Assembly (NCBI GenBank): GCA_009841405.1
Contig: VXLV01000115.1
Span: forward strand, 3,630-67,629
From: Chloroflexota bacterium
GTDB lineage: Bacteria > Chloroflexota > Anaerolineae > Aggregatilineales > Phototrophicaceae
Length of the DNA stretch: 64,000 bases
Direction of reading: 5' to 3'
Position 1 is the stretch's first letter, and each line of letters begins with the position of its first letter. Shown here in pieces: positions 1 through 9,939 of this stretch. A program made the position numbers and the translations under genes. Below the pieces are notes generated by a model that made no database searches, was not told the DNA's origin, and was given only the letters and a program-made list of their open reading frames with translations.

Positions 1-438
1 GTGATACATATCACCGGCGAGCTGGATTGGGAGCGCTCGCAGCGGCAAGTCGGCGCCCTGGCTGAACATCCCCATTATCACCCCTTCGCTTACCTGCGCG
101 ATGACATGGGCCTGGCTTTCGCCGCGGCCGACCTGGCGCTTTGCCGCGCCGGCGCCAGCGCCTTGGCCGAATTGCCGCTCTTTGGCCTGCCCGCAATTCT
201 CGTGCCATATCCCTACGCCTGGCGCTATCAGAAAGTGAACGCCGACTACCTGGCCGAGCGCGGCGCCGCTGTACGGCTCAACGACGAAGACATGCCTGAA
301 AAACTTTTCGACACGGTATCCGGCCTGATCCTTGACGAGGCGCGTTTGAACGACATGCGCGCCAAGTCGAAGGCTCTCGCCAATCCAGACGGCGCCCGGC
401 GGCTGGCGGATTTGCTCCGCCAAATCGGCCGGGCTTGA
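1..438 (+). CDS. murG: MurG (lipid I GlcNAc transferase), C-terminal part; the 5' end lies outside the window
   Basis: The frame is open from nt 1. It has a GT28 C-terminal region (AELPLFGLPAILVPYPYAWRYQKVNADYLAERGAA) and sits directly upstream of murC-murB-ftsQAZ. Confidence 0.85.
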   Translation: MIHITGELDWERSQRQVGALAEHPHYHPFAYLRDDMGLAFAAADLALCRAGASALAELPLFGLPAILVPYPYAWRYQKVNADYLAERGAAVRLNDEDMPEKLFDTVSGLILDEARLNDMRAKSKALANPDGARRLADLLRQIGRA

Positions 439-459
439 TAAGGGAGGACCGCTAACAAA

Positions 460-1842
460 ATGATCCCGCTAACGCCTGGCACGCGCGTCCACTTCATCGG
501 CATTGGCGGCGCCGGCCTGTCCGCCATCGCCCGAATACTGATGGAACGCGGCTGCGCAGTCAGTGGTTCCGATACGCTAGCGAGCGAAGTCACCGAGGCA
601 CTGGCCGCCGATGGCGCGCAGGTCTTTCACGGGCATCGCGCGGAATACGTTAGCGGCGCCGATCTCGTGCTGGCGACCTCCGCCGTCGCCGACGACCATG
701 TTGAGGTCGCCGCGGCCGAGGCGCTTGGCATTCCCGTATTCCGCCGCCAGGCATTCATGCCCGGGCTGCTGCAGGGCTGCGACACGATCGCCGTCGCCGG
801 CACGCACGGAAAGACAACCACCACGTCCATGATCGTCCACATTATGGCTGCCGCCGGAAAGAGTCCCAGTTATATCGTTGGCGGCGCGATGGGCAACACC
901 GGCAAGAACGCCGCGGTCGGCCGCGGCAACGCTTTCGTCATTGAAGCCGACGAATACGATAATATGTTTCACGGCCTCGACCCAAACCTGGCGGTTGTCA
1001 CAAATGTCGAACACGATCACCCCGATTTATTCGAGACAGCTGACGCGTTGACCGCAGCCTTCAAACGCTTCGTTGACTTGCTCGGGAGCGACGGTTTGCT
1101 GGTAGCCTGCGCCGACGACCCCGGCGCGCGCGCGCTCGCTGAGTCCCGCCGGCGGCAAGGTCTCGCCGTCCGCAGCTACAGCGCGGATGCCGATGACGCC
1201 GACTGGCGCGCGACCGACCTGGATTTCACTGGCGCCCTTACTCGCTTTACCGTCATTCGCCACGGCGTCGCCCTGGGCGACGTCAGCCTGTGCGTCCCCG
1301 GCCGGCACAATGTTCTTAACGCGCTGGCGGCACTGGCCGCGACCCATGAGCGCGGCGTCGCCTTTGAGCAGGGCGCGGCCGCGCTCAGCAGTTTTATCGC
1401 CACTGCGCGGCGTTTCGAGGTCCGCGGGGCACGTCAGGGCGTCATCGTGGTTGACGACTATGCCCATCATCCCACCGAGATTAGCGTCAACATTCAGGCC
1501 GCCCGTCTGCGCTATCCCAAGCATCAAATCTGGGTGGTCTGGCAGCCGCATACTTACTCGCGCGTCAAACAGTTTTGGGCAGCATTCGTCGCGTCTTTCG
1601 CGGAAGCGGACCAGGTTCTGATCACGCCGATTTACGCCGCGCGCGAATCGCCAGTTGAAGGGGTGACGAGCGCCGCTCTGGCCGCGGAGCTGCAGGCCCG
1701 CCAGTCGGCGGCATACATTCCTGCGTTCGACGACGCGGTTGACCGGCTTGTCCACTCTGCCAGCGCGCCGGCCGTCGTGCTGATCTTCAGCGCCGGCGAC
1801 GCCAACATCATCGCCGACAAATTCCTGAACCACCCGCTGTGA
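460..1842 (+). CDS. murC: UDP-N-acetylmuramate--L-alanine ligase
   Basis: N-terminal HFIGIGGAGLSAIARIL Rossmann motif and Mur ligase P-loop GTHGKTTTTSM. The 460-aa length and dcw context fit. Confidence 0.95.
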   Translation: MIPLTPGTRVHFIGIGGAGLSAIARILMERGCAVSGSDTLASEVTEALAADGAQVFHGHRAEYVSGADLVLATSAVADDHVEVAAAEALGIPVFRRQAFMPGLLQGCDTIAVAGTHGKTTTTSMIVHIMAAAGKSPSYIVGGAMGNTGKNAAVGRGNAFVIEADEYDNMFHGLDPNLAVVTNVEHDHPDLFETADALTAAFKRFVDLLGSDGLLVACADDPGARALAESRRRQGLAVRSYSADADDADWRATDLDFTGALTRFTVIRHGVALGDVSLCVPGRHNVLNALAALAATHERGVAFEQGAAALSSFIATARRFEVRGARQGVIVVDDYAHHPTEISVNIQAARLRYPKHQIWVVWQPHTYSRVKQFWAAFVASFAEADQVLITPIYAARESPVEGVTSAALAAELQARQSAAYIPAFDDAVDRLVHSASAPAVVLIFSAGDANIIADKFLNHPL

Positions 1843-2765
1843 TGTCGATGCCGCCGCCTGCATTGCCCATGATGGACGGCTTGCTGCGGGACCAATCTCT
1901 GGCGCGCTATACCGCAGCGCGACTGGGCGGGCCCGCCGACTATCTTTATATCGCCCGGCAGCCCGAGTACGACGACGTGATAGCGCTGTTGGAAGAAGCC
2001 TGGCGCCGCGATATGCCCGTAACGGTCATTGGCGGCGGCGCGAATGTGCTGGTCGCCGACGCCGGTATTCGCGGGCTCACGATCATTAACCGCGCGACCG
2101 ACATCCAGCATCAGCGCGCCGGCGCCTCGGCCCGGCTACAAGCCAGCAGCGGCACGAACTTAATACGCCTGGCGCGCTACTGCCAGGAGAACGCGCTGAC
2201 GGGCATGGAGTGGGCAATTGCCGTTCCCGGAACGCTGGGCGGCGCCGCGGTCAATAACGCCGGCGCGCACGGCAGCGACATCGCGAGCGCATTGACGCGC
2301 CTGCTGATCTACGAAGCGGACGGCGGCCGGCGCTGGCGCGATGCGGCAACCCTGCAATACGCTTACCGCTATTCAACACTGAAGCACCGTCGCGATCGGC
2401 GTTTTTTCGTTTTGCGCGCCGAGCTCGAGTTGCAATGCGACGACTCGACGCGAATCCAGCAGCGCATGGATCACAACAATGAATACCGCCGGCGCACGCA
2501 ACCACCTGGCGCCAGCCTCGGCAGCATCTTCAAGAACCCGCCCGGGGACTACGCCGGCCGACTCATTGAAGCGGCCGGCTTGAAGGGGAAGCGCCTGGGC
2601 GCGGTGCAGGTATCGCCGCTGCATGCCAATTTCTTCGTGAACCAAAGAGTCGACGCCAGCGCCAGCGATTATCGCGCGCTCATACAATTTGTGCGCCAGG
2701 AGGTGCAAGACCGCTTCGGCGTCGCGCTTGAGCTCGAAATCCAGTTGCTTGGCGCATGGCAATAA
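1839..2765 (+). CDS. murB: UDP-N-acetylenolpyruvoylglucosamine reductase
   Basis: FAD-binding GGGANVLVAD motif and a C-terminal SLGSIFKNPPG...AG MurB motif. The start overlaps the murC stop (GTGATG), so the true start may be the ATG at 1842. Confidence 0.9.
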   Translation: MMSMPPPALPMMDGLLRDQSLARYTAARLGGPADYLYIARQPEYDDVIALLEEAWRRDMPVTVIGGGANVLVADAGIRGLTIINRATDIQHQRAGASARLQASSGTNLIRLARYCQENALTGMEWAIAVPGTLGGAAVNNAGAHGSDIASALTRLLIYEADGGRRWRDAATLQYAYRYSTLKHRRDRRFFVLRAELELQCDDSTRIQQRMDHNNEYRRRTQPPGASLGSIFKNPPGDYAGRLIEAAGLKGKRLGAVQVSPLHANFFVNQRVDASASDYRALIQFVRQEVQDRFGVALELEIQLLGAWQ

Positions 2766-2863
2766 TTTTGCGCCAGTAGCCGTTTGCGCCCTGTTTTGAC
2801 CACGTGTAAACTGAACCTCGTACTGACTGGAGGCTTCATCCAACGACCGGTGGGCGACCCTAC

Positions 2864-3697
2864 GTGTCAAGTCATGTTCAAGCGCACAGGCGTCAACCTG
2901 ACCGCGCTCCCGGCGTGCTGCATCGCGCAACGCCCGGCGTGGCGCCCAAGCTGTCGACGGCAGCCCGCCGCGAGCGTCGGCCGGCGCCGGCGCGCTGGCG
3001 CGTCATCAGCGGCGCGCTCCTGGCCCTGTTTGGATTGACGCTCCTGGTCTTTTTCACCAGTGACGTCTTTTATGTGAGAGCAATTCAAGTGCGCGGCAAC
3101 GATTTCATCACTCGCGAAGAGGTCTTCGCCTATTCTGAATTGGCCGACTATCACCTGTTCTGGCTTGATCCGGCGGCTGTCCGGCGCAATGTGCTGCGCG
3201 CGGCGTCCGTGGCCGATGTCTCCGTAGAAGTGGGCTGGCCGCCCGACCTGGTTACCGTGCTGGTGCAGGAACGGCAACCGGTCGCCGTCTGGTCCGATGG
3301 CGGGCAAGAGACCTGGATCGATCTGCAGGGTCGCGCCATGCCGGCGCGCGCGGAGATGCCCGGGCTCTTGCATGTAAATCTGGTCCGGGATAATAGCGAT
3401 CGACCGCTGCCCAGCGCGAGCGACTTTGACAAAGACATGGTTCTAGGCGCGCTGCGCCTGCGAGAGCTTCTGCCCGAGGGCGGACATCTCGACTTTCATC
3501 CCGTACACGGTCTGGGCTGGACCAATGACCAGGGCTGGCAGGTGTGGATGGGGACCGGCTCGGCGGCGCTGATGAACGAGAAGATCACAATATACAAAGT
3601 GCTGGTGGAAAATCTGAGCAGTCGCGCAATTGACGTTGCCGAACTGAATATAGCGAATCCCGACGCACCGTTTTACAGACTTTTGTGGGGGCTATAG
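2864..3697 (+). CDS. ftsQ: Cell division protein FtsQ/DivIB (single TM plus POTRA domain)
   Basis: Basic N-terminus, one TM helix (ISGALLALFGLTLLVFF) and a POTRA-like FYVRAIQVRGNDFITREEV segment. It sits between murB and ftsA. GTG start, exact start uncertain. Confidence 0.8.
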   Translation: MSSHVQAHRRQPDRAPGVLHRATPGVAPKLSTAARRERRPAPARWRVISGALLALFGLTLLVFFTSDVFYVRAIQVRGNDFITREEVFAYSELADYHLFWLDPAAVRRNVLRAASVADVSVEVGWPPDLVTVLVQERQPVAVWSDGGQETWIDLQGRAMPARAEMPGLLHVNLVRDNSDRPLPSASDFDKDMVLGALRLRELLPEGGHLDFHPVHGLGWTNDQGWQVWMGTGSAALMNEKITIYKVLVENLSSRAIDVAELNIANPDAPFYRLLWGL

Positions 3698-3703
3698 CAA
3701 GGC

Positions 3704-4939
3704 ATGGGCGACCTGGTAGTTGGACTTGATGTCGGCACGCACAAGATCTGCGCCATTGTAGGCGAAGTGCGGCCGGAAGACATATATGTAGTCGGCTTGG
3801 GCATAGAGCCGAGCGATGGCATGAAGAAAGGGGTGGTCAACGACGTCGGCGCTTTGTCGTCGGCCATCGCCAAGTCGATCCGCAAGGCGGAGAAGTCAAG
3901 CGGCTACGATATCAACCGCGCCTTTGTCAGCGTGGCCGGCAGTCATATCTCGTCGCTGACGAGCCGCGGCCTCGCCACGATCGTCGGCTCGCGAAGTGTT
4001 CAGGCGGAGGATCTCGAAAAGGCCATGAGCGTGGCGCGCAACATCGCCATCCCGCATAACCGCGAGATTCTGCACGTCGTGCCGAGAAGCTACACCCTGG
4101 ACAGCCAGGACGGCATCCGCAGCCCGATCGGCATGCACTGCTTCCGGCTTGAAGTCGACGCTCATATCATCACCGCTTCGACGACCAGCCTGGCCAATTT
4201 GGAAGACGCGGTCGAGTCCGCCGGCGTTTTGGTTGATCGCTTCATCCTGAATCCGCTGGCGGCGGGCGACGCCGTCTTGACCGACCACGAGCGCGAGATG
4301 GGCGCGGTCGTCATCGACATCGGCGGCGGCACGACCGACCTCGCCATCTTTATCGACGGCACAGTGTGGCATACCGCCATCATCCCGGTCGGCGGCAACC
4401 ATGTCACACAGGACATCACCTACTGGATGCGCGTGCCTTTCGGCCTGGCCGAGCAGGTCAAGATACAACGCGGTCACGCCGATATGAACGCGGTCAATGA
4501 ATCCGATGTATTCCCGGTCGAGCCCTTCGGCGGCGAGATTCTGCCGGTATCGCGCCGCGATCTGGCAATGGTTATCGAGGCGCGCTTCGAGGAGATTTTC
4601 GAGCTGGTCGAGAAGGAAATCAAGCGTTCCGGTTACGCCGGCCTGCTGCGCGCGGGCGCGGTCATCACCGGCGGCAGTTCGCAGCTGCCCGGTTATCGCG
4701 ATTTGGCGTCGCGCATACTCAATCTGCCAGTTCGCCTGGCGCATCCGGAGCGCGTTACGGGCATCGCCGACACGCTTAAGAACCCGGCTTACAGCACCAG
4801 CGTCGGATTGCTGCGGTTGGGCCTGGAAATGGACACGATGACGGAGCCGGAAATGGCGCCGAGCATAGGCCTGCCAGTCAGCAATTGGGGACGCAGGATG
4901 AACGACTTTCTGCGGCGCTTCCTGCCGCAAGATGAATGA
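3704..4939 (+). CDS. ftsA: Cell division protein FtsA (actin-like ATPase)
   Basis: VGLDVGTHKICAIVGE phosphate-1 motif and a DIGGGTTDLAIF motif. Lies immediately upstream of ftsZ. Confidence 0.95.
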   Translation: MGDLVVGLDVGTHKICAIVGEVRPEDIYVVGLGIEPSDGMKKGVVNDVGALSSAIAKSIRKAEKSSGYDINRAFVSVAGSHISSLTSRGLATIVGSRSVQAEDLEKAMSVARNIAIPHNREILHVVPRSYTLDSQDGIRSPIGMHCFRLEVDAHIITASTTSLANLEDAVESAGVLVDRFILNPLAAGDAVLTDHEREMGAVVIDIGGGTTDLAIFIDGTVWHTAIIPVGGNHVTQDITYWMRVPFGLAEQVKIQRGHADMNAVNESDVFPVEPFGGEILPVSRRDLAMVIEARFEEIFELVEKEIKRSGYAGLLRAGAVITGGSSQLPGYRDLASRILNLPVRLAHPERVTGIADTLKNPAYSTSVGLLRLGLEMDTMTEPEMAPSIGLPVSNWGRRMNDFLRRFLPQDE

Positions 4940-5071
4940 GATTTTCCCGGCCAAATTAATGTTCATTATTGCCGCCGATTTGATTTGCGGTGGTTTTGAA
5001 TACGCGTAAAATGACTTCAGTATCCTGCCGTATGCGTTGGGTTGATGCGCTGATTCAAGAGGAAAGTCATC

Positions 5072-6298
5072 ATGGTCAATGATCTGATTACAGGGGAAAA
5101 CTTCGCGCAAATTAAAGTCGTTGGCGTCGGCGGCGGCGGTGGCAACGCCGTCAACCGCATGATCAACGAGGGTTTGGGCGGCGTCGAGTTCATCGCGGTT
5201 AATACCGATAACCAAGCGCTCATGCTGTCGAAAGCCAAAACGCGCGTGCGCATCGGCGACAAACTGACGCGCGGCCTTGGCGCCGGCGGCAATCCGGAAA
5301 TCGGACGCAAGGCGGCCGAGGAAAGCTCGGAGGACTTGCTCGAGGTGCTGCGCGGCTCCGACATGATTTTCGTCGCCTGCGGCATGGGCGGCGGCACCGG
5401 CACCGGCGCCTCGCCCGTTATCGCGCAGATCGCCAAAGAACTAGGCGCGCTGACCATTGGCGTCGTCACGCGGCCCTTCACCTTTGAAGGCACGCGCCGC
5501 GCTCAACTTGCGAAAACCGGCATTGAAGCGCTAAAGAGCCAGGTCGACACGCTCATCGTAATCCCCAATGACCGCCTGTTGCAAATGGCGGACAAGCGCT
5601 CGACATTGCAGCAGGCCTTCTCGCTGGCGGACGATGTCTTGCGCCAGGGCATTCAGGGCATCTCGGAACTGATTACTGTGCCCGGGCTCATCAACCTGGA
5701 CTTCGCCGATGTTCGCACGGTCATGTCGGAAGGCGGCGCCGCTTTAATGGCGGTAGGCCGCGCGGCCGGCGACGATCGCGCGCGCACCGCCGCCGAGATG
5801 GCGATCACCAGCGGCCTGCTGGACGTCACCATCGACGGCGCTCGCGGTATCCTCTTCTCGATAACTGGCGGCTCCGACCTGACCCTGTTTGAAGTGAATG
5901 AAGCCGCCGCCATCATCAAGGACAGCGCGCATCAAGAGTGCAACCTGATCTTCGGCGCCCACATCGACGAGAGCATGGGCGACGAGGTCCATATCACGGT
6001 CATTGCCACCGGCTTCGAGCGCAGCCGCCTCGAAACGACCATGACGGAAGCTGGCACATTGCCGATCCGCCAATCGACGCCCTTGCCGCAAGCGCCGCCC
6101 GTGCAGCGACCGATATATGAAGACGTCGAGATTCAAGCGCCGGGCGAAAACGCCGCGGCCAGCAGCAGCGGGTCGTCCTTCCAAAGGAACCGGATGGCGC
6201 CGCCGTCGCCGCAAGAAGACCCGCGCACCTACGACAATATCGACCCCAAGAACACGGAACTGCCGGCCTTCTTGCGGAAGCGCAATCGCCGCCAGTAA
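5072..6298 (+). CDS. ftsZ: Cell division GTPase FtsZ
   Basis: Tubulin signature [14 protein letters not shown]-terminal [13 protein letters not shown], a long Pro-rich linker and a C-terminal conserved peptide ELPAFLRKR. Confidence 0.97.
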   Translation: MVNDLITGENFAQIKVVGVGGGGGNAVNRMINEGLGGVEFIAVNTDNQALMLSKAKTRVRIGDKLTRGLGAGGNPEIGRKAAEESSEDLLEVLRGSDMIFVACGMGGGTGTGASPVIAQIAKELGALTIGVVTRPFTFEGTRRAQLAKTGIEALKSQVDTLIVIPNDRLLQMADKRSTLQQAFSLADDVLRQGIQGISELITVPGLINLDFADVRTVMSEGGAALMAVGRAAGDDRARTAAEMAITSGLLDVTIDGARGILFSITGGSDLTLFEVNEAAAIIKDSAHQECNLIFGAHIDESMGDEVHITVIATGFERSRLETTMTEAGTLPIRQSTPLPQAPPVQRPIYEDVEIQAPGENAAASSSGSSFQRNRMAPPSPQEDPRTYDNIDPKNTELPAFLRKRNRRQ

Positions 6299-6331
6299 GC
6301 CCGCGGCAAGTTAGCCACAGGTTAGTAAGAC

Positions 6332-6356
6332 GGGGCGGGCCTGGCCCGCCCTTTTG
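6332..6356 (+). terminator. Rho-independent terminator after ftsZ
   Basis: Perfect GC arms GGGCGGGCC / GGCCCGCCC (6333-6341 and 6343-6351) followed by TTTT. It lies 34 nt after the ftsZ stop. Confidence 0.6.
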
Positions 6357-6668
6357 ATTCCCAAAGTATAGGAATGACGGGGGCTTCGGCAGCGACAGAA
6401 TTGCAGGCGGCGATACAGTGTTGATAGAGTATTGAAAGTACACTTGCGCGCATTACTAACCGAACTCATGCGTTTTAGAAGCAATAAAGATTAGTCAAGC
6501 AGGCGATATAATGCTATAAATTAGGCATCCATGTTTTCGCCGCAGCGACCACTCATCGATGCCAGCGACTTGGCCAGCGATGTCGCAAATTGCCAAGCTC
6601 GACCATAAATTCAGCCTTTCCGTCATCATTGCTCACATCATTTTGCTACAGTTCAGGACTCGGACCTC

Positions 6669-9206
6669 ATGATTCATTCACAGACCGTCACCAGCGAACT
6701 TCACGACCTCGGTTACAAAATATTCCTTGACCGGTATGCCCAAAAGGACATGACTCGCAGCACGCTCTCCGTCGGCGACACAGTCATTGTGGTGATCAAC
6801 GCCAAGACCGGCCAGCGCGAAATCGGAACCGCCATCGCCATTGACCTGCCGCGAGTCACCGTAGAGTTGACCGACGGCGAAATCGTCGTCCGTGATCTGG
6901 AACATGTGGACAAGCCGATCGAGACTGAACCGGGGCAGATGATGGACCGCGTCGCGCGTGGCGTCGCGGCGACCGAAGCGACGCCCGAAAAGCAGGCTGA
7001 ATGGACGCGGAAATTCCGCTGGCTGCTCGATGACTGGAAGTTTGTCCCGGGCGGGCGCATTCTCACCGCCGCCGGCACCGATCAAGACCTGACCTTCTAC
7101 AATTGCTACGTCATCCCCTCGCCCGAGGACTCGCGCGAGGGCATCATGACCACGCTAACGCAGATGACCGAAATCATGTCGCGCGGCGGCGGGGTCGGTA
7201 TCAACCTCTCGACTTTGCGGCCGCGCCACGCCTACGTCAAAGGCGTTAACGGGCGCTCCAGCGGCGCCGTGTCCTGGGGTGGACTATACAGCTTCGTGAC
7301 CGGCCTGATCGAACAGGGCGGCAGCCGCCGCGGCGCGCTGATGCTGATCCTTAACGACTGGCATCCGGATGTGTTCAACTTCATCAACAGCAAACGCCAG
7401 TCGGGCAAAATTACCAACGCCAACATCAGCGTCGGCGTCTCGGACAAACTGATGGACGCGATTCGAGCCGACGCCGATTGGGAGCTCGTCTTCCCCGATA
7501 CGCGCGATCCCGCTTATGACGAACTTTGGGACGGCGATGTCGACGCTTGGATGGCCGCGGGCCGGCGGGTCATCCATTACAAGACGGTTCGCGCGCGGGA
7601 GCTTTGGGACGCAATCATCGAAAGCGCCTGGGCCAGCGCCGAACCGGGCGTCTGGTTCCGCGAGCGCAGTAACAAAATGGCCAACAGTTGGTATTTCAAT
7701 CCGCAAATTTGCACCAATCCGTGCGGGGAACAGCCGCTGGGCGCTTTCTCCGTGTGCAATCTTGGCGCTATCAACTTGTCGAAATTCTACGACCCGGTCA
7801 AGCATGATGTCGCCTGGGACGCGTTGCGCCGAACAGTCGCATATTCGACCCGGTTCCTCGACAATGTCATCGACACGACGCCCTACTTCTTCGAGGAAAA
7901 CCGCGCCGTGCAGATGTCCGAGCGGCGGGTCGGCCTGGGCACGATGGGCATCGCCGAACTGATGCTCAAGCTTGGCGTGCGCTACGGCAGCGACGAATCG
8001 GTTGAACTCATCGACGAGATTTACAAGGAGATCGCGGTCGCGTCCTACGAAACCTCAAGCGACCTGGCGCGGGAAAAGGCCGCCTTCCCCATGTTTGACG
8101 CTGAGAAATTCCTGGAGAGCGGCTTCATGCAAGGGATGCCCCCGGACCTGCGCGCCAAGATCCGCGAAGACGGCATTCGCAATGTTACGCTGCTGACGCA
8201 AGCGCCGACCGGCACCACCGGCACCATGGTGAATACCTCCACCGGCGTTGAGCCGTTTTTCTCCTGGGTCTACTATCGCAAGAGCCGCCTCGGCTTGCAC
8301 GAAGAGCAAGTGCCGATCGTGCAAGAATGGTTTGAAGCGCATCCGGATGCCGAGCAGTTGCCGGACTACTTCGTCACCGCGATGGACCTGTCGCCTCAGG
8401 AGCATGTCAAAGTGCAGGGCGCCTTCCAGCGCTGGATCGACAGCGCCATCTCCAAGACCTGCAATGTGCCTAATGAATACACGGTTGAGCAAGTCAGCGA
8501 ACTGTTCCAGTACATGTACGAGCTGGGCTGCAAAGGCGGCACGATTTACCGTGACGGCAGCCGAGACGAGCAGGTGCTGATGCTGAAAGGCGATGAACGC
8601 GCCGAAAGCGAGATGGAGTCTCTGCAGACAGCCAGCGCCGCCGAGCCCGCCACAACGCCTCACCGCGTTTACCCGCGTCCCGAACGCCTGCAAGGCACAT
8701 CTGTGAAGACACAGACGCCTTTCGGCAAGGCTTACATCACCATCAATCGCGACGACCAGGACAATCCCTTTGAAGTATTCGTCGCCATCGGCAAGGCGGG
8801 CAGCGACATCCAGGCCGACGCCGAGAGCCTCGGCCGCATGATATCGCTGCAACTGCGGACGACCGCCCCGCACAACCGCCGCGAAATGCTCAAACTTATC
8901 ATCGAGCAGCTGGAGGATATCGGCGGCGCGCGCCCGATTGGCTTCGGGCCCAAACGCGTTCTCTCCCTTCCCGATGCCGTAGCGCGCGTCCTGCAAGTGG
9001 AATTCTTCCCTGAGGAATCGCCCCAGCAACTGGGTCTGCCTATGCAAGGCGGCGACGCGACCGCCCAATTGCATGCGGAAGAAAGCGGCACGACAATCGA
9101 CACCTTGATTTCCGGCGCCGACATGTGCCCGTCCTGCGGCACCATTACGCTGATCCGCGCTGAGAATTGCCGCAAATGCTTGACCTGCGGCTACAGCGAA
9201 TGCTAG
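6669..9206 (+). CDS. nrdJ: Class II (adenosylcobalamin-dependent) ribonucleotide reductase
   Basis: 845 aa. Active-site region NPCGEQPLGAFSVCNLGAINLS, TQAPTGTTG finger-loop region, and a C-terminal Cys-rich tail CPSCGTITLIRAENCRKCLTCGYSEC. Confidence 0.9.
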   Translation: MIHSQTVTSELHDLGYKIFLDRYAQKDMTRSTLSVGDTVIVVINAKTGQREIGTAIAIDLPRVTVELTDGEIVVRDLEHVDKPIETEPGQMMDRVARGVAATEATPEKQAEWTRKFRWLLDDWKFVPGGRILTAAGTDQDLTFYNCYVIPSPEDSREGIMTTLTQMTEIMSRGGGVGINLSTLRPRHAYVKGVNGRSSGAVSWGGLYSFVTGLIEQGGSRRGALMLILNDWHPDVFNFINSKRQSGKITNANISVGVSDKLMDAIRADADWELVFPDTRDPAYDELWDGDVDAWMAAGRRVIHYKTVRARELWDAIIESAWASAEPGVWFRERSNKMANSWYFNPQICTNPCGEQPLGAFSVCNLGAINLSKFYDPVKHDVAWDALRRTVAYSTRFLDNVIDTTPYFFEENRAVQMSERRVGLGTMGIAELMLKLGVRYGSDESVELIDEIYKEIAVASYETSSDLAREKAAFPMFDAEKFLESGFMQGMPPDLRAKIREDGIRNVTLLTQAPTGTTGTMVNTSTGVEPFFSWVYYRKSRLGLHEEQVPIVQEWFEAHPDAEQLPDYFVTAMDLSPQEHVKVQGAFQRWIDSAISKTCNVPNEYTVEQVSELFQYMYELGCKGGTIYRDGSRDEQVLMLKGDERAESEMESLQTASAAEPATTPHRVYPRPERLQGTSVKTQTPFGKAYITINRDDQDNPFEVFVAIGKAGSDIQADAESLGRMISLQLRTTAPHNRREMLKLIIEQLEDIGGARPIGFGPKRVLSLPDAVARVLQVEFFPEESPQQLGLPMQGGDATAQLHAEESGTTIDTLISGADMCPSCGTITLIRAENCRKCLTCGYSEC

Positions 9207-9907
9207 AAGGGCGCAATCGCGCAGTCGCATCGCCGGACGCGGAAACGGCGGCGCCCGGGCCGCGCCGCGGAAGCGGTTCACCAACATGGAAAACAGCGAA
9301 ACGTCTATGCTTCATCCTGTTGCTGGCGGCCGCGCTCTACTTCGTCGCATTCGTCAGCGCCGTTCATGTTGTCGGCTCACGCGACACAGCGCAAGAAGCC
9401 GATGCCATTGTTGTGCTGGGCGCCGGCTTGCTCCGCGACGGCCGCCCCGGCTGGGCGCTGACCCGACGCAGCCTGCACGCGGCCGATCTATGGCGCGCTG
9501 GAATCGCCCCGTACATCATTTGTACCGGCGGGCAGGCGGAGTCATTCCCGCGTTCGGAAGCCGCCGCCTGTCGCGAGCTTTTGCGGGGGCGCCAAATACC
9601 GGCAAGCGCTATCCTGGTCGAAGAACTTAGCCGCAGTACCGAGGAGAACGCAATCTACAGCAAGCGCGTCATGCAAACCATGAACATTGCCGATGTGGTG
9701 TTGGTCAGCGACGACTACCACATGCTGCGCGCCAGCTGGCTGTTTCAAATGCAAGGCATCAATGCATTTAATAGTCCGGCGCCGGCTCGGCGCATGCGCC
9801 CGCCGCTATCTTATCCCTACTCGCTTATGCGCGAGTTTGTCGCCTTCAATTGGCAACTCGTAAAAGGGGCCTTCGGCATTCCCGTCACGCATCTCAAAGG
9901 CGTTTGA
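9200..9907 (+). CDS. DUF218 (YdcF/ElyC/SanA-like) membrane-anchored protein
   Basis: One TM helix (LCFILLLAAALYFVAFV), then a DUF218 core IVVLGAGLLRDGRPG...ICTGGQ...SRSTEENA. The ORF is open from 9167. I chose the ATG at 9200, which overlaps the nrdJ stop; the start is uncertain. Confidence 0.75.
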   Translation: MLEGRNRAVASPDAETAAPGPRRGSGSPTWKTAKRLCFILLLAAALYFVAFVSAVHVVGSRDTAQEADAIVVLGAGLLRDGRPGWALTRRSLHAADLWRAGIAPYIICTGGQAESFPRSEAAACRELLRGRQIPASAILVEELSRSTEENAIYSKRVMQTMNIADVVLVSDDYHMLRASWLFQMQGINAFNSPAPARRMRPPLSYPYSLMREFVAFNWQLVKGAFGIPVTHLKGV

Positions 9908-9939
9908 CCAGCGAAAGAGGCGGTTGAGTGGAGATTCCA

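Noticed and set aside
3896-5215. 439-aa minus-strand ORF antisense to ftsA/ftsZ
   Set aside because: This is a shadow ORF typical of high-GC DNA. It is Arg/Ala/Gly-rich with no motifs, and it is fully overlapped by two genes that have unambiguous signatures.
6357-6668. Cobalamin riboswitch upstream of the B12-dependent RNR
   Set aside because: I could not find a B12-box-like core. Biologically, B12 riboswitches usually repress B12-independent isozymes rather than nrdJ. The region is kept only as an unexplained long leader.
8055-9287. 410-aa minus-strand ORF opposite nrdJ, and the similar 433-aa ORF at 13496..14797 opposite lpdA
   Set aside because: These are high-GC shadow ORFs inside strongly supported genes, with no independent evidence.
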